A DNA stretch of 64,000 nucleotides, taken from Candidatus Desulfatibia profunda (GTDB lineage: Bacteria; Desulfobacterota; Desulfobacteria; Desulfobacterales; UBA11574). Below the pieces are notes generated by a model. The model was given only the letters and a program-made list of their open reading frames with translations. It was not told where the DNA came from and searched no databases. Shown piece after piece: positions 62,736 through 64,000 of the stretch. How positions within the stretch are numbered: position 1 is the stretch's first letter; each line of letters starts with the position of its first letter. The stretch lies in assembly GCA_014382665.1 (NCBI GenBank), contig JACNJH010000129.1, forward strand, positions 305 to 64,304, written 5' to 3'. Made by a program: the position numbers and the translations under genes.

Positions 62736-62815
62736 GGGGACGTTGGTGAAAAGTTGAAATGTTGAAATGTTTATGTGATCAGGAGAAATATTGTCAATCT
62801 TTCACCAACGTCCCC
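62736..62815. repeat. 16-bp perfect-stem hairpin with an octamer-word loop, downstream of the helicase
   Basis: GGGGACGTTGGTGAAA (62736-62751) pairs with TTTCACCAACGTCCCC (62800-62815). The loop begins with GTTGAAAT GTTGAAAT. Confidence 0.85.
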
Positions 62816-62882
62816 AAAACCGCGTATTAATAAAAGACAAACTGCGCTAAATGCAGGGTTTGTTGGTTAGGCTAACAAAGCA

Positions 62883-63179
62883 GTGATCATGCCTGAGCGA
62901 TTCGTCAGTGAAGTCATCAGACCTGTGGTTGCCACATGTGACACCTCGCGCATGGCAGTCGGGGAGCCTGGACTCCCGCGTGAGTTCGTGTGGCGAGGTC
63001 GAACCATTAAAATTGCGGCTGTACTGCGCACCTGGCGTGAAACCGGGAAATGTCGCCACGGCAGTCCCGAGTTATATGTTCGCAAGCACTGGTTCGAGGT
63101 CGCCACGACCTCCAACAGCACGATGAAGATCTATTTCGATAGGCAGCCTCGCGGTGGACGCAAGAGCGATAGATGGTAG
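62883..63179 (+). CDS. hypothetical protein (98 aa), GC-richer than its surroundings
   Basis: The translation is protein-like (...GEPGLPREFVWRGRTIKI...GSPELYVRKHWFEV...IYFDRQPRG). No family could be confirmed and the RBS is weak. Confidence 0.45.
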   Translation: MIMPERFVSEVIRPVVATCDTSRMAVGEPGLPREFVWRGRTIKIAAVLRTWRETGKCRHGSPELYVRKHWFEVATTSNSTMKIYFDRQPRGGRKSDRW

Positions 63180-63554
63180 CTTTTCACCATTTGTGAGTCA
63201 GAGGAATAAATCCCCAAAATTTAGACAGATTATGGTCGAGTGGTCGTCATTGCCGAGAATCTGAACACTGGCGCGAAAAAACGCGTCAGAAATCATCTTC
63301 AAAAAGAGAAGGAAGGAGACTCCATGGGAAAGAAATACACTCTGGAAGACGGGATGGAGTTGGGAAATATAAGGGACGGGCATTGATATATTGATAAGAT
63401 TGTAAAAAATGGCCTAACATTTATATGGCCTTCACTTGTCAATAAAAAACTACTCCCATAGATCAGAAGGTGTAGAGAAATAACTTTCCGTCTTTGCATA
63501 TGATACTTTGACAAGTGATCCGTTCGTTTCGGCTTTTGGATTGAAGAACTTCCA

Positions 63555-63915
63555 CCCTAATTGAGCGTAAACAAAATGAAGAAAGTCAATTATTGTTAAA
63601 TATTTCAGAGTATAATAAGGATCATGCCAGCATGTTATAATCCGTGTATAAGTTAGTTATAAATTGCTAAATCAAATCTTCATTTTGTTTACCCTGCGGG
63701 AAAGCCCGCCGGGGGCGGACAAGCCGATGATACGCCATCTTCTTTGTTGCTCGTCTCGCCGAAGCGAGGCGCAGGCGGATCAAGGGCTTGCAGTAGCTTA
63801 CGGAGGTTTATCCCGCTTTATTAAGCGGGGCTTCGCCCTTGACGCCGCTCGTAGTGAAACGAAGATCCCGTTATCGGGGGAATCTGGCGCATCCTCGACT
63901 TTCGCTCAATTAGGG
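63555..63915 (+). other. nested inverted repeats enclosing an AT-rich loop and a GC-rich multi-hairpin domain; candidate structured RNA or mobile-element end
   Basis: The contiguous 28-nt segment 63555-63582 pairs in two blocks. The inner 15 nt pair with 63677-63691 and the outer 13 nt pair with 63903-63915. At least five short GC hairpins lie between 63692 and 63902. Confidence 0.5.
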
Positions 63916-64000
63916 TTCCAGTATAAGATTCCCTACAGAAGCTTGTTGGAGCGCAGCGGAAATCCCGCATAGCGGGGCTGCAGGGAGCTTTAAAAAATGG

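Noticed and set aside
23234-62815. The word arrays as CRISPR arrays
   Set aside because: The units are 7-10 nt and abut one another without spacers. Arrays have only 2-6 units, and no cas genes are in the window.
62883-63209. Possible readthrough of the TAG at 63177, which would add LFTICESEE
   Set aside because: The idea rests only on a vague recollection that homologues continue with W-L after RW. It cannot be supported without a search.
63324-63386. 20-codon mini-ORF (MGKKYTLEDGMELGNIRDGH) with a strong AGGAG RBS
   Set aside because: It is too short, is neither hydrophobic nor leader-like, and no conservation information is available.
63664-63972. 102-aa ORF in the GC-rich structured region
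   Set aside because: It has no RBS, its sequence is composed of back-to-back hairpins, and the translation is not protein-like. It is treated as non-coding, which is testable by homology search.
63692-63990. Known housekeeping RNAs (RNase P RNA, tmRNA, SRP/4.5S, 6S) or a group II intron 5' end
   Set aside because: I could not find the hallmark motifs: GGAAAGUCCGG (RNase P), a tRNA-like acceptor with a tag ORF (tmRNA), GGAAGCAGCC (SRP), or a GUGYG 5' end (group II intron). The length also does not fit 6S.

Overview
The window looks like a chromosomal segment from a sulfate-reducing deltaproteobacterium (Desulfobacterales-like). That assignment rests on gene content only: aprBA-qmoABC, together with rimP-nusA-infB-rbfA-truB-rpsO-pnp and infC-rpmI-rplT-pheST. 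All calls come from reading the sequence and ORF translations by eye; no searches were run. Nt ~16400-62700 is mostly well-recognisable housekeeping: rnd, thrS, dut, pnp, the translation-factor and ribosomal operons, tRNA-Gly(CCC), proA, a hybrid histidine kinase, aprBA and qmoABC. Nt 1-16400 looks like an accessory island. It holds tandem tyrosine recombinases (one truncated), a PIN-toxin remnant, two truncated Y1 (IS200/RayT-like) transposase fragments meeting at a perfect palindrome, an orphan DNA methyltransferase, XRE and RadC genes, and a lone receiver protein. The most interesting content is a translationally coupled two-gene module at 7459-13385 (minus strand). It encodes a TPR protein followed by a 1653-aa protein that appears to fuse a BrxC/PglY-type P-loop ATPase to a C-terminal PglZ-like domain. 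This would be a compact BREX-like architecture with no PglX, BrxA, BrxB or BrxL nearby. Other items worth a second look: a stand-alone 117-aa NrdD-type glycyl-radical domain protein; a ~90-nt repeat family that sits in gene leaders and at gene ends; a 108-nt element found upstream of both the orphan methyltransferase and a Pif1-like helicase; a recurrent class of intergenic inverted repeats whose arms are tandem 7-10-nt words; and a densely nested, hairpin-rich region at the right edge (63555-64000) directly upstream of an ORF cut by the window.
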